64,000 bases of DNA, from IMG/VR virus record IMGVR_UViG_3300017766_005733, positions 32,001-96,000 of that record; one strand, written 5' to 3'. Each line of letters begins with the position of its first letter. Within the stretch, counting starts at the first letter, position 1. The notes beneath the pieces were generated by a model. It did not search any database. It was given only the letters and a program-made list of their open reading frames with translations, and was not told where the DNA came from. The DNA comes from a virus. A program made the position numbers and the translations under genes. Shown piece by piece: positions 56,101 to 64,000 of this stretch.

Positions 56101-56605
56101 CGAGGCCCTGTATCCGCTGCTGCTGGAGGCCGACGAAGAACAATGGCCGCGGAAGGCGCTGACTCATGCCCGTCAGCCCATCTTCCGCCACATGGCCGAC
56201 GACATCCCCGTCGTCAGCCATCGCCGTCTGCAGGCGCTGGAAACCATCACGCCGTGGCCCGCGGACATGAAGATCAAGGTGGCGGTGCCGTGTGTCGTCA
56301 AAGGCCGCCGCGTCTTCTCTTACGCCAAGGGCGAGAAGGAGGCCTGCGAGTTGGACCTTGACTGCGAGGGCGGTGGCGCGGTAAACGTCGTGAAGTGGCC
56401 CGACCGGAAGACGGGTAAGATTCCGGCGTGGTACAGGAGCGACATCGCTGGTGCTATTGGCCTTGCTATCTTTGAAAAATACACCGAGCGCCGGCCCTTT
56501 GGCCTCGTCGACCTGATTGTCTTCCACCAACCAGCAACAACGGAAACCGAGAATGAGCAAGAAGCCCAACAAGATGCCGCAGAACGAACCCCAGACGCCG
56601 CCTGA
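53189..56605 (+). CDS. dnaE: DNA polymerase III alpha, C-terminal fragment, containing an intein
   Basis: KDVAR, RHACG, LKMDFL, VFQF, ETYGVLTYQEQ, YGFNK|intein|SHSVCY...AYLKHHFPLEW, PDINRS. Confidence 0.92.
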   Translation: MKITSINAVTVRAEPWLKQRFGADHYAQISADTTLKLRSSVKDVARATHGSVPPDVEELTKQFQNPPQGISDSDFVFGYTANDEHVPGSIETDAALKTYISRYPKEWETVQRLLGIARSKTRHACGFIIANRPVHEFIPLMDIGGVTATQYTSSAVEAAGGLKMDFLVVNSLGDIKDALNLIQEGTLPGGRASGDEGLRYPATLVINGRLVPRHRLVPDGNGGFYDIWDLPEDQAVFREISEGKTETVFQFNTPGAIQWLRHFNHWKDEMAGHKAIDSIEAMSAFTALDRPGPLDAYVEGPDGRQHNMLVEYARRARGEEACGSINALSVLFPETYGVLTYQEQLQRAYRELTGCSGSEAEEFRTNVAKKKMDKVLKAYPAFIERASAKVGGEQVAKTIWETFVTWGQYGFNKTMDQSTILSTVDGDQKRIVDFKGGEHVWCVDDHGQKTATEVVALHDHGELMGWELEFDDGYKVVASSHHKFLTELGQTPLHEIIDRDLEVLGGVSMEESSGGHSNGVRPEGAETPEGDAQKGLRDLRGRESGKHSAEDDCAQHSAGTEGSGLGGRSENFVSARHPAAASGANACLAARASRTDRGDLGIRQKSRQEIEGGGMASIRGDLELAGCTDPLRAQEEAGGLRVPRPQNLGGSGRILPLSRGIENSETVDEDSGEVRDAARRSASSRRCDIDPAFRAMLPFFRREDASRMARVAYSDAPLSCSRSLVRRRIVRVRAVGIRRMYDLEVAHPKHNFMLSNGVVTSNSHSVCYSHIAYACAYLKHHFPLEWWCAVLGNASKNEVVDDFWRHCGHLVKLPDINRSSRKFRIEGDHIRAPVGLIVGVGETAQQQLLALAPFVDVRDFCQKIEVDCVARKTPLIDKATGKQKTTKDGQLRWTKGRSALTRGVVHLLIAAGVMDSLFPADSTLSEKIAAYEQASAEAKGEKKIQPVPPKYLVNSRVLNFQLRKKVLPIYSEALYPLLLEADEEQWPRKALTHARQPIFRHMADDIPVVSHRRLQALETITPWPADMKIKVAVPCVVKGRRVFSYAKGEKEACELDLDCEGGGAVNVVKWPDRKTGKIPAWYRSDIAGAIGLAIFEKYTERRPFGLVDLIVFHQPATTETENEQEAQQDAAERTPDAA
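54428..55474 (+). mobile_element. Intein (349 aa) in DnaE at FNK|SHS, starting with Thr
   Basis: Removing it restores YGFNKSHS. Block B LEFDDGYKVVASSHHKFLT; blocks F/G MYDLEVAHPKHNFMLSNGVVTSN|S. Confidence 0.92.
54702..55466 (+). CDS. Vsr/DUF559-like endonuclease nested in the +1 frame inside the intein
   Basis: GGAGG at 54691-54695 then GTG at 54702; SKAE...VDFVSPDHKIWVEVDGFFHF...ERYAMLRDEALRRGDVTLIRL. Confidence 0.8.
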   Translation: MAYQWKNRVVGIPMACGQRVPKRQRAMHKRDCATCAAVKAENIRQRMIAHNTRPEQKAAASEAAQRTSSRRDIQLQRVARMHAWQREHPEQIEAIWESARRAGKKSKAEAWLRSEAILSWPDAQIRCGLKKKQVDFVSPDHKIWVEVDGFFHFHEASKTRKQLTKIQERYAMLRDEALRRGDVTLIRLSGQCFRSSDGRMHREWLEWLTATLRSPVPGVWCAGALYESVQWASAGCTILKSPTRNTTLCCPTES

Positions 56606-57356
56606 GACCACCAAGAAGCCGCTTGAGGTCATGCTTTTGGAGCAGATGCGGGCGCTGCGTGAGCGCGCCAACATCAACCTCGACGAGGTTCCCGCCAACG
56701 TCCGCGCTGCCTTTGGTGCCTCGCGTGCCGAGGCTCGTGAGAAGTTGGAGGTGCTGAAGCGCGAGTACGGCAAGTTCATTGACGACAACACCGTCGTCAT
56801 GTTCCTGCACGGCAATCGTCGTCACTGCGGCGCATTCGCTGAGATGGCGCGTGAACTCGGGCCCGTCATTGTCGTCGACACCGAGAACGTCTACCGGCAG
56901 CTTGCCGAACTCATTCTGCCCAAGATGCGAGGGCGCACGGGGTCAATGAACTTCGACACCGCGGAGTACGTCACGCTCCTCGACGGTTTCGCTGCTCTCG
57001 CCAAGGAATACGGCATTGCCGATATGCCGCGGCCCAAGTTCCGTTCCGCGTCCTTCACCAGCGACGCGCAGGTCGTCGACTTCGTCCGCGGCCTCGTCCG
57101 CGAGGTCGTTGGTGCCGACTTCACAAATCTCTTGACACGCCACGAAGTTCTGGTACAAGCACTGGAAGTCGGCTTCCACACCAGCGTCCCCTGTGTTGTC
57201 TACAACGCCGGGGAAGAGGAAGAGGCCGTGGGCAAGAATCTTGTGAGGGACCGGAAGCGTATGATGGTCAAGACTATCATGAAGGGCGAGGATGTCACTG
57301 AGGACGCCGTTGTGGCGGCTCTCGGCGAACTCGCAGCCCTCGCCTCCGGCACCTGA
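56553..57356 (+). CDS. Hypothetical protein
   Basis: Biased codons; overlaps the dnaE end. Confidence 0.65.
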   Translation: MSKKPNKMPQNEPQTPPETTKKPLEVMLLEQMRALRERANINLDEVPANVRAAFGASRAEAREKLEVLKREYGKFIDDNTVVMFLHGNRRHCGAFAEMARELGPVIVVDTENVYRQLAELILPKMRGRTGSMNFDTAEYVTLLDGFAALAKEYGIADMPRPKFRSASFTSDAQVVDFVRGLVREVVGADFTNLLTRHEVLVQALEVGFHTSVPCVVYNAGEEEEAVGKNLVRDRKRMMVKTIMKGEDVTEDAVVAALGELAALASGT

Positions 57357-57397
57357 ACAAGCGACTGAAACAACAACTGCAACAGGAGAAAACAACC

Positions 57398-58576
57398 ATG
57401 ACCACCGCCGGATTCAACAAGCCCAAGTACGGTAACTCCGAGGCCTCGTGGGGGCGTCTGAAGATCCCGATGCCCAAGGGCCCCGATGACATCGCGCGCC
57501 TTGTCGTCCGCCTTCTGCCGCCCTTCGGCAACCTCGCGGCTCAGCGCAAGTGGAGCATCTACCACAGCGTTCACTACGGCTTTGAGGGCCGTGATGGCCG
57601 CGACCCCACCAAGACCCGCCACAAGCCCTTCGCCTGCGTCGAAGAGAAGCGCCGCGGCATGGTCGTCAGCGACTGCCCGATGTGCAACCTCATGCAGTCG
57701 CGCAAGAAGTCGCTGGAGGCCAAGCTGGCGAAGCTGAAGGCCGATGGCAAGACCGACGATGAGGCCAAGGCTCTGACCAAGGACCTCAGCGATTGGCTGC
57801 GCAAGTACAACGTCGACCGCAAGCACTACATGGCGGCGATGGACGAGTCGGGCCGCTTCCACGTCTTCATGCTCAGCCACGAGACGAAGAAGCGCCTTGA
57901 GGGTGTCATCGCCAAGATGCTTGAGCAGGACATCGATCCGCTGGACCTCGACAGCGGCGTCTGGTTTGAGTTCCGCCGCAGCGGCAACCCCAAGGTCGTC
58001 TCGTCGCTCGTCGACGAGGTGGACGTGGTCATGGAGAAGACGGTCGTCAATGGCCGTAGCTACATGGCCCCCAAGCCCGCGCCGCTCTCCGAGGACCAGA
58101 CCAACGAGGCCCTGCGCATCCTGCCGAGCCTCGACACGGTGGTGACGGTCATCAGCCGCGAGCAGATCCAGCAGCTGGTCAACTGCAGCGGTGACCCGGA
58201 AGAGGTCGACGCCATCTTCAACAGCGGTCGTCCCGACTCCTACGAGTCGCGGCCGATGACGCCCAAGGCGGCGCCGACGCCGGCCCCAGCGCCCAAGCCC
58301 GCCCCGCAGGCGCCTGCCCCGGCGCCCGTGGAAGAGGAAGCGCCGGCGGCCGCGGCTGCCGATGACGACGATGAGATCGCGCGCATGGAGGCAATGCTGG
58401 CGGCCAAGAAGGCTGCGAAGGCAGCTGCCGCCAAGCCCGCGGTGGCCATCTCGGCTCCCCCAAAGCCCGCCCCGGCCCCCAAGCCGGCGCCAGCGGCGGT
58501 GGCTGAAGACGCGGACCTCGATGCCATGAGCAACGAAGACTTCCTGCGTCAGTTCCCCGACCCGTCGATGGGCTGA
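57398..58576 (+). CDS. Single-stranded DNA-binding protein (gp32-like)
   Basis: VRLLPP...HYG...C...CPMC, DPLDLDSG, Pro/Ala linker and acidic tail; replication context. Confidence 0.7.
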   Translation: MTTAGFNKPKYGNSEASWGRLKIPMPKGPDDIARLVVRLLPPFGNLAAQRKWSIYHSVHYGFEGRDGRDPTKTRHKPFACVEEKRRGMVVSDCPMCNLMQSRKKSLEAKLAKLKADGKTDDEAKALTKDLSDWLRKYNVDRKHYMAAMDESGRFHVFMLSHETKKRLEGVIAKMLEQDIDPLDLDSGVWFEFRRSGNPKVVSSLVDEVDVVMEKTVVNGRSYMAPKPAPLSEDQTNEALRILPSLDTVVTVISREQIQQLVNCSGDPEEVDAIFNSGRPDSYESRPMTPKAAPTPAPAPKPAPQAPAPAPVEEEAPAAAAADDDDEIARMEAMLAAKKAAKAAAAKPAVAISAPPKPAPAPKPAPAAVAEDADLDAMSNEDFLRQFPDPSMG

Positions 58577-58594
58577 GCCCCTCTCGGTTCTCGC

Positions 58595-58628
58595 AGCAAC
58601 CCGGTGAAAGCCGGGTTGCTTTCTTTTT
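58595..58628 (+). terminator. Rho-independent terminator
   Basis: AGCAACCCGGT-GAAA-GCCGGGTTGCT then TTCTTTTT. Confidence 0.85.
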
Positions 58629-58687
58629 ACACCTGCGCTAGGGTATGGGTGGGGTACGTCCCCATCGAGACAAGGAGTTGCAACATC

Positions 58688-59272
58688 ATGTCTGAAATCG
58701 ATCTGCTGGAAGGAATCGACCTTTCGGTCTTGGAGGAGGCGGAGCGACGCATGCACGAAGTGGCGTCGGTCACCAAGTTCAGGGCTCAGGAACTGCTCGA
58801 TCTCTTCAATCACGCCCATCTTGCGGCGTCGAGGGCTCGCGCAGTGTTCCTGCGCGCCAGCCAACGCGCCGAGTCGTCTCTGGAGGCCTTGGCGGCCGAC
58901 ATTTCCCTCAACCGTGCTCCCGCGATCCTCAAGGAGAAGGGGCTTGTGTCTCCGCGCAGCCCCGGCGGCAGCGAAGACCTGCGTCAGTCCGTTGTTCAAG
59001 CCGATCCCGAGTACCGGGAGATGCGCGAGCAGCTGATTGACCTGAAGGCCGGCGTCGAGACCTTCAGTGTCCGCGCGCGGGCCATGGAGAAGGCCTTCTC
59101 GGCGGTCAAGGCCGTGTTCCTCGACAAGGAACTCCCCAACCCCGGCGTCAGTCATCGCATGACGCCTATTGACGACAACGAACAGACTGCTATCACTCAA
59201 CGGCAGCAACCAGCGCCCTCCGCCCCGACGTCCAACCGTCGTGGCTTCGCGCAAGCTGCCTACGTCCGCTGA
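58688..59272 (+). CDS. Helical protein, possibly UvsY-like recombination mediator
   Basis: AAGGAG RBS; lies between SSB and RecA; function inferred from position. Confidence 0.45.
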   Translation: MSEIDLLEGIDLSVLEEAERRMHEVASVTKFRAQELLDLFNHAHLAASRARAVFLRASQRAESSLEALAADISLNRAPAILKEKGLVSPRSPGGSEDLRQSVVQADPEYREMREQLIDLKAGVETFSVRARAMEKAFSAVKAVFLDKELPNPGVSHRMTPIDDNEQTAITQRQQPAPSAPTSNRRGFAQAAYVR

Positions 59273-59297
59273 AACTGCAACTAACAAGGAGACGACA

Positions 59298-60368
59298 ATG
59301 GCCAGCAAGTGGAAGAAAGAACTGTCGAAACTGTCCGGCTACATCCCCAACGAAGACCGCGAGTCGATTCATCGGCAGGTGCTGCGCACCGGTTCGCCGG
59401 GCGTTGACTTCACGTTTGGCAACGGCTGGGGCCTGCCCCTCGGCTACACCCAGTGCATCTTCGGCCCGCCCAAGGGCGGCAAGTCGCTGTACTCCTACGC
59501 CATGATCTCGCAGATGCACCGCGACTACGAGGACGCGGAGGCCATCAAGTTCGACACCGAGTATCGCGACGAGGGTCAGCTGACGCAGAAGCAGGCGGCG
59601 GCCTACGGCATCGACTGGGACCGTTACACGGCCATCCAGACGAACACCGCTGAGGGCGTCTTCGACCAGATCGAGACGAAGATCGCGGCGATGTGCGACG
59701 ACGGCTTCCCGCTGAAGTTGGTCATCATCGACTCCATCAACGGCATCATGGGCCGGCGCATGTCGAATGCCGACAGCGTGGGGCAGCAGCTGATCGGTGA
59801 CGTCGCTCAGACCCTGCAGGATGGCTTCAAGCGCATTCTGCGTGTGCAGCGCAAGTACCGCTTTGGCGTCCTGCTGACGGCGCAGGTGCGAGCGGAGATG
59901 GACATGGCCGAGCAGCAGCGCGGCAACAAGGTGAAGATGGCGGCGGCCTTCGGTGTCCAGCACTACGCCGAATACTTCACCTTCGTCGAGCGCATGAAGG
60001 CGAAGGCGGCGCAGAAGGATCTTCTGGGGCGCGAGTTCATCGATGAGTCGGTCACCGACTTCATGGACAATGGCGAGCGCACGGGCCACAAGATCCGGGT
60101 GGTGATGAAGGACAGCAGCCTCGGGCCGGCGGGTCGCGCAGGCGAGATGACCTTCAACTACAATCAGGGACTGGTGAACCGTCAGGATGAAATCTTCATC
60201 CTCGGCACGGGCCACAACGTCATAGAGAGCAGCGGAACGTGGTACAGCTTCGGTGACCGCAAGCTGCAGAAGGCTGCCTTCCTTGAGGCGCTGCAGACGG
60301 ACCCTGACTTCGCCAACGCCATCCTCAAGAAGCTGCGTGAGCGCGATCTGTCGTTGACCAACGGCTGA
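59298..60368 (+). CDS. RecA/UvsX-like recombinase
   Basis: GPPKGGKS, FDTE, VIIDSI, QVR, GTWYSFGD. Confidence 0.88.
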   Translation: MASKWKKELSKLSGYIPNEDRESIHRQVLRTGSPGVDFTFGNGWGLPLGYTQCIFGPPKGGKSLYSYAMISQMHRDYEDAEAIKFDTEYRDEGQLTQKQAAAYGIDWDRYTAIQTNTAEGVFDQIETKIAAMCDDGFPLKLVIIDSINGIMGRRMSNADSVGQQLIGDVAQTLQDGFKRILRVQRKYRFGVLLTAQVRAEMDMAEQQRGNKVKMAAAFGVQHYAEYFTFVERMKAKAAQKDLLGREFIDESVTDFMDNGERTGHKIRVVMKDSSLGPAGRAGEMTFNYNQGLVNRQDEIFILGTGHNVIESSGTWYSFGDRKLQKAAFLEALQTDPDFANAILKKLRERDLSLTNG

Positions 60369-60436
60369 TTATCAGCTACCGTTGCCGTCAACCCGCGGCC
60401 ACGCCCCACGGCGTGGCCGTTGGCTTTGGAGAAGAC

Positions 60437-60745
60437 ATGAACCGAAAATACCTCACGTTCGTTATGCGCGACGGCTCTACTTGGGGCGTTCCTGTGTCGC
60501 GCATCGCCAACAACCGAGCCCGCCACTACGCCTTTGAGTTCGGCGGTGACGTCGAGCGCAGCCTGAAGGAAGACACCCTGCCGCTGTTTGAAGCCAACCC
60601 CAGCGCCATTGAGGATTGGGCGACAGGCGACATGGACTGGGCGGACGTCGTTGACGTTGCCGTCAAGCTGTCGCTGCCGCCCGAGTTGAAGCGCAAGGAC
60701 TTCGTTGAGGCGTGGCTGGGCCCCAAGAGGCTGGAGGAACGATGA
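60437..60745 (+). CDS. Hypothetical protein
   Basis: GGAG RBS; IEDWATGDMDWADV. Confidence 0.65.
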   Translation: MNRKYLTFVMRDGSTWGVPVSRIANNRARHYAFEFGGDVERSLKEDTLPLFEANPSAIEDWATGDMDWADVVDVAVKLSLPPELKRKDFVEAWLGPKRLEER

Positions 60746-61758
60746 GCGACTTTGAGCCCGAGCGCCTTGACAAACTGATGCGTGACTCCGGAGTCTCTTT
60801 CCGCGAGTCCGGCCAGTCCTACATCCTAGACTGCCCTCGTTGCGGCAAGAAGGACAAGCTGTACATCCGTCGCCGCGACGGCCGCTTCGTCTGCTGGCAT
60901 TGCGCTGGCGAAGGCTTTCAGGGGCGTCCAGAGTACGCGCTGACGGAGATCCTTGGCCAGCCGCTGGCGGACATCCGCCGGCAGCTGTATCGCTGGACGC
61001 CCGACCGCGCCACCGTCGGTCGCCTTGACCTTGCGGCCTTGGGCTTCAAGCCAGAGGACGACGAGGGCGAGGAGATCCTGACCGAGCCGCCGCTGCCTGA
61101 AGCCGACCTGCCGCCAGAGACATGGGCGCTTGACGATGACTTCTACGCCAAGAAGGGGCGAGCCTACGTCGAGGGCCGCGGCGTGCCCTTGGACGTGGCC
61201 ATGCACTACGGCATCCGCTACTGGACGTCGAAGCGCTGCATCGTCTTCCCCATCGTCATGAACGGCCGCTGTGTCGGCTATCAGACGCGCACGACGCAAT
61301 CCACCGAGCCCTACGTCGTGACGCTCGATGACGGGCGACAGAAGGTCATCAAGCCTCTGAAGGCCATGACCAGCGACAAGCTGGCGCGCGACCGCATCCT
61401 CATGTTCCACGATCGGCTACAGGGCAGCGACCACGCCGTGCTCTGCGAGGGGCCCTTTGACGCCATCAAGGCCCACCTCTGTGGAGGCAACGTGGCGACC
61501 CTCGGCAAGTGGGTGAGCGATCGCCAGCTGGACCTCATCGTCGACAGGGGCATTCGCCGCATCTACCTCGGCCTCGACCCCGACGCCATCGATGACGTTG
61601 CGCGCCTGATCAGACAAAGAGGGCTTGAGGAAACCTACCTGATTGAGGTCCCCAAGCCCTACAAGGATCTCGGTGAGATGCCCATGGAAGCAGTGCTTGA
61701 CTGCTTCCATGACGCCCGCCGCGTTTACTCGACGATGGTGTTCGTCAACTTCCGCTGA
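60742..61758 (+). CDS. DNA primase (Zn finger and TOPRIM)
   Basis: CPRC...CWHC, IVFPI, CEGPFDA, LDPDA, KDLGE. Confidence 0.88.
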   Translation: MSDFEPERLDKLMRDSGVSFRESGQSYILDCPRCGKKDKLYIRRRDGRFVCWHCAGEGFQGRPEYALTEILGQPLADIRRQLYRWTPDRATVGRLDLAALGFKPEDDEGEEILTEPPLPEADLPPETWALDDDFYAKKGRAYVEGRGVPLDVAMHYGIRYWTSKRCIVFPIVMNGRCVGYQTRTTQSTEPYVVTLDDGRQKVIKPLKAMTSDKLARDRILMFHDRLQGSDHAVLCEGPFDAIKAHLCGGNVATLGKWVSDRQLDLIVDRGIRRIYLGLDPDAIDDVARLIRQRGLEETYLIEVPKPYKDLGEMPMEAVLDCFHDARRVYSTMVFVNFR

Positions 61759-62612
61759 AGCGACTTGCTGTAGCGAGTCGCCAACCACCCGAGGTCCGGA
61801 TTCTTCTCCACTGCCCGCTGGAGACGGATCTGGAACTCGGGTGCCGGCATGTACGAAAGCCGCTCCTTGAGCGTTTCCGCGTGTTCAAAGCGGTCGTCGG
61901 GGGTGTTGTGGTCGATCAACGCCTCCAGAGCATCATGATCGAGGGCCTCCGTGGCCTTGCTGTCAAGGGCAACGAAGGCGCTGACATGCTTGGTCTTGGC
62001 CGCCTGCAGGCTCAGCAGATGGACGAGCCGCTGCTGAACGTAGTGGCGCAGCAGGCGACGGGTGCCGTCGGCGTCATTGGGGCGACGGTAGCGGTGATGG
62101 AAGTTGGTGGCCCAGATGACGCCGGCGTTGACGAGGTCGCCGTGGCTGAGGCAGGCACGACGCAGGCCCAAGGAGTTGGCCCAGCTGGCGCAGAAGCCAT
62201 TCACCGTCGCCGTGATCGTCGGCATGTAGGTAGCCAAGGCCTCCGGCGAGAGATCGGGGGCCTGAGCGTACTCGGCAAGACGCAGGGCGCTGAGGCCCGC
62301 CTGCTGCTGGCGCCGGGCACGAGTGCGGCTGCGCATAGGGTTGGGCTTGCCGAAGCCGGCGGCGGAGGTCATGGACCAGAAGGCGGCCAGCGACGTATCG
62401 GGGTTGGATGAGGCCAGCGCCCGCACGTCAATCGCGTGGTTGGACCACATGGGCGCCGAAGACTTGCGGGAGTCGAAGAGGCGGAAGGCAAGCTCGCCGA
62501 TGACGATGGTGCTATCCGAAGTCAGACGATGCGGGATCTTCAGATGACCGAGCCACGACGTCAGGACGTTGGTGGCGACGAGAAACGGGGTCTGGCTACG
62601 GGACAGCGACAT
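61725..62612 (-). CDS. Hypothetical protein on the opposite strand
   Basis: AAGGAG RBS before ATG 62612; fills the primase-helicase gap. Confidence 0.6.
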   Translation of the reverse strand: MSLSRSQTPFLVATNVLTSWLGHLKIPHRLTSDSTIVIGELAFRLFDSRKSSAPMWSNHAIDVRALASSNPDTSLAAFWSMTSAAGFGKPNPMRSRTRARRQQQAGLSALRLAEYAQAPDLSPEALATYMPTITATVNGFCASWANSLGLRRACLSHGDLVNAGVIWATNFHHRYRRPNDADGTRRLLRHYVQQRLVHLLSLQAAKTKHVSAFVALDSKATEALDHDALEALIDHNTPDDRFEHAETLKERLSYMPAPEFQIRLQRAVEKNPDLGWLATRYSKSLQRKLTNTIVE

Positions 62613-62687
62613 GGGGCTTGACTCCTTACGGTTTCGCCGTATGCTATGCGCCAAAGGCTTTTCGTCAAGAAAAAATAAGGGACTTCA

Positions 62688-64000
62688 ATGAGCGATTCGC
62701 AGGACCTGCAGGCCCCACCTCTCCCCTTCTCAATCGCTAAGCAGGACGCCCTGCTTGGCCACTTGCTTTTCGACGAGAAGTTCTTCCTGCAGGGGCGCGA
62801 ACTCATCACCCCCGACCTGCTGGTTGACCCTTGGGCCTCCAAGACGTGGGAGCATGCCCTTGGCTTCAATCGCCGCTGGAGCCGCCCGCCGTCTGAGGCC
62901 GAACTCCGGGAGTCCTCGGAGGTCATGGCCGAGGAACAGGGGGCGCGAAACAAGGTCTACGCCAAGATCGCCCAAGCCAAAGACGCGATGCGTCGCTATG
63001 GCCTCGATGTTCTGCGAGAAGAACTCGACTCGTGGATTCACGGCGCCATCTACCGCCGCGGCGTCGAGGAAAGCGCCAAACTCTTCCACAAGGGCAAGTT
63101 CAAAGAGGCCTTTGAGACGATGCGCGGGGCCAGCCGCAGCATCGACAACATCTCCTTCACCGAGACCGCGGAAGTCGACTTCAGCAGCGGCCTCGCCTTC
63201 CTTGAGCATCAACGTACGGAGTCGGCAAAGGCTCTGACGTTTGGCGTCACGGCCATGGATCGCCTGCTGTTGCCGGCCAACAAGACCGGGAGCCTGCTGC
63301 CGGGTGACCAGACGATCCTGCTGGCGCCGACGAACATCGGCAAGTCGACGGCCATGATCACCGTCGCCCGCCACAACATCCTTCGCGGCAAGTCGGTGCT
63401 CTACTTCACCCACGAGGGCCGCGCCAGCGACCTGCAGGAGAAGCTGTGGAAGAGCATCCTCAACGTCAACACCCAGCAGCTGTATGAACTGCAGACGACC
63501 GAAGAGGGCCGCCGGCGCCTCGCCAACGCGCAGGCCTACCTGAGCCGGTTCCTGACCTACATCCCCATTCACCGCCCGTCGCTGACCGTCGAAGAACTCG
63601 ACGGCATCATTCGTCGCTGCTTCGACAAGCGCATGGCCAAGTATGGCACGGGCTACGACATGGTCGTCGACGATTACCCAGCAAAGTTGACGACGCAGCA
63701 GGCCGCCAAAGGCAATATGCAGCGGCGTCAGAAGGACGAGTACGTCTACGATTACATGAATCGTCAGGCCTCGGAGATGGGCTACCACAACCTCGTGGCG
63801 ATTCAGGGCAACCGCGAAGCCAGCCGCATCAACCGGCGGGAAAAGGGCTGCGAGGAGCGACTGCTGACGCCCGAGGACGTCGCGGAGTCCTTTGGCGCCA
63901 TGATGGTGGCCACCAACGTCATCTCCATCAACCGCGACCCTTCGGCCATCGCCAACAACCGCGTGACCTACTACGTCGGCAAGAGCCGGTCATCAGAAAC
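62688..64000 (+). CDS. Replicative DnaB/gp41-like helicase (partial, runs off the right edge)
   Basis: Not in the ORF track. ATG 62688; LLAPTNIGKST, VLYFTHEG, VVDDY, AIQGNR, DVAESF. Confidence 0.88.
   Translation, partial: MSDSQDLQAPPLPFSIAKQDALLGHLLFDEKFFLQGRELITPDLLVDPWASKTWEHALGFNRRWSRPPSEAELRESSEVMAEEQGARNKVYAKIAQAKDAMRRYGLDVLREELDSWIHGAIYRRGVEESAKLFHKGKFKEAFETMRGASRSIDNISFTETAEVDFSSGLAFLEHQRTESAKALTFGVTAMDRLLLPANKTGSLLPGDQTILLAPTNIGKSTAMITVARHNILRGKSVLYFTHEGRASDLQEKLWKSILNVNTQQLYELQTTEEGRRRLANAQAYLSRFLTYIPIHRPSLTVEELDGIIRRCFDKRMAKYGTGYDMVVDDYPAKLTTQQAAKGNMQRRQKDEYVYDYMNRQASEMGYHNLVAIQGNREASRINRREKGCEERLLTPEDVAESFGAMMVATNVISINRDPSAIANNRVTYYVGKSRSSE

Noticed and set aside
1-64000. tRNA/rRNA genes, CRISPR arrays, integrase, stop-codon recoding
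   Set aside because: None recognised by eye. Standard-code ORFs tile the window and all three stops are used. tRNAscan/Infernal were not run.

Overview
The window is a 64-kb, GC-rich segment of a large tailed dsDNA phage genome with two divergent arms. The minus-strand arm (1-38.9 kb) carries head morphogenesis genes: terminase, portal, MuF, prohead protease, scaffold, a SPO1/Twort-type major capsid protein and neck proteins. It also carries ThyX, a 5'-nucleotidase, a sigma factor, an SF2 helicase and an SbcD-like nuclease. The plus-strand arm (39.2-64 kb) carries GroEL, an SbcC-like ATPase, RuvC, class II RNR, a fractured and intein-bearing DnaE, SSB, RecA, primase and a DnaB-like helicase. 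Main highlights: (1) A set of head-module polyproteins, including the prohead protease itself, holds enzyme domains (T3-type SAM lyase, ADP-ribosyltransferase, Nudix, GNATs, PI3K/HipA-like kinases, GGDEF cyclase, HhH glycosylase-like, ParB, zincins, lysozyme-like). These domains are separated by a recurring [LIMF]-x-K-[S/A/M/G] motif also found at the capsid N-terminus, suggesting a protease-released arsenal packaged in the head. (2) A Thr1 intein in DnaE has its endonuclease encoded as a separate gene in the +1 frame inside the open intein frame. (3) DnaE is split by a free-standing Endo VII gene, with non-catalytic intein-like halves at the break. (4) An AATCTT late-promoter motif and an inverted-repeat-flanked AT-rich candidate origin are present. 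All family calls come from motifs read by eye; no database searches were run.
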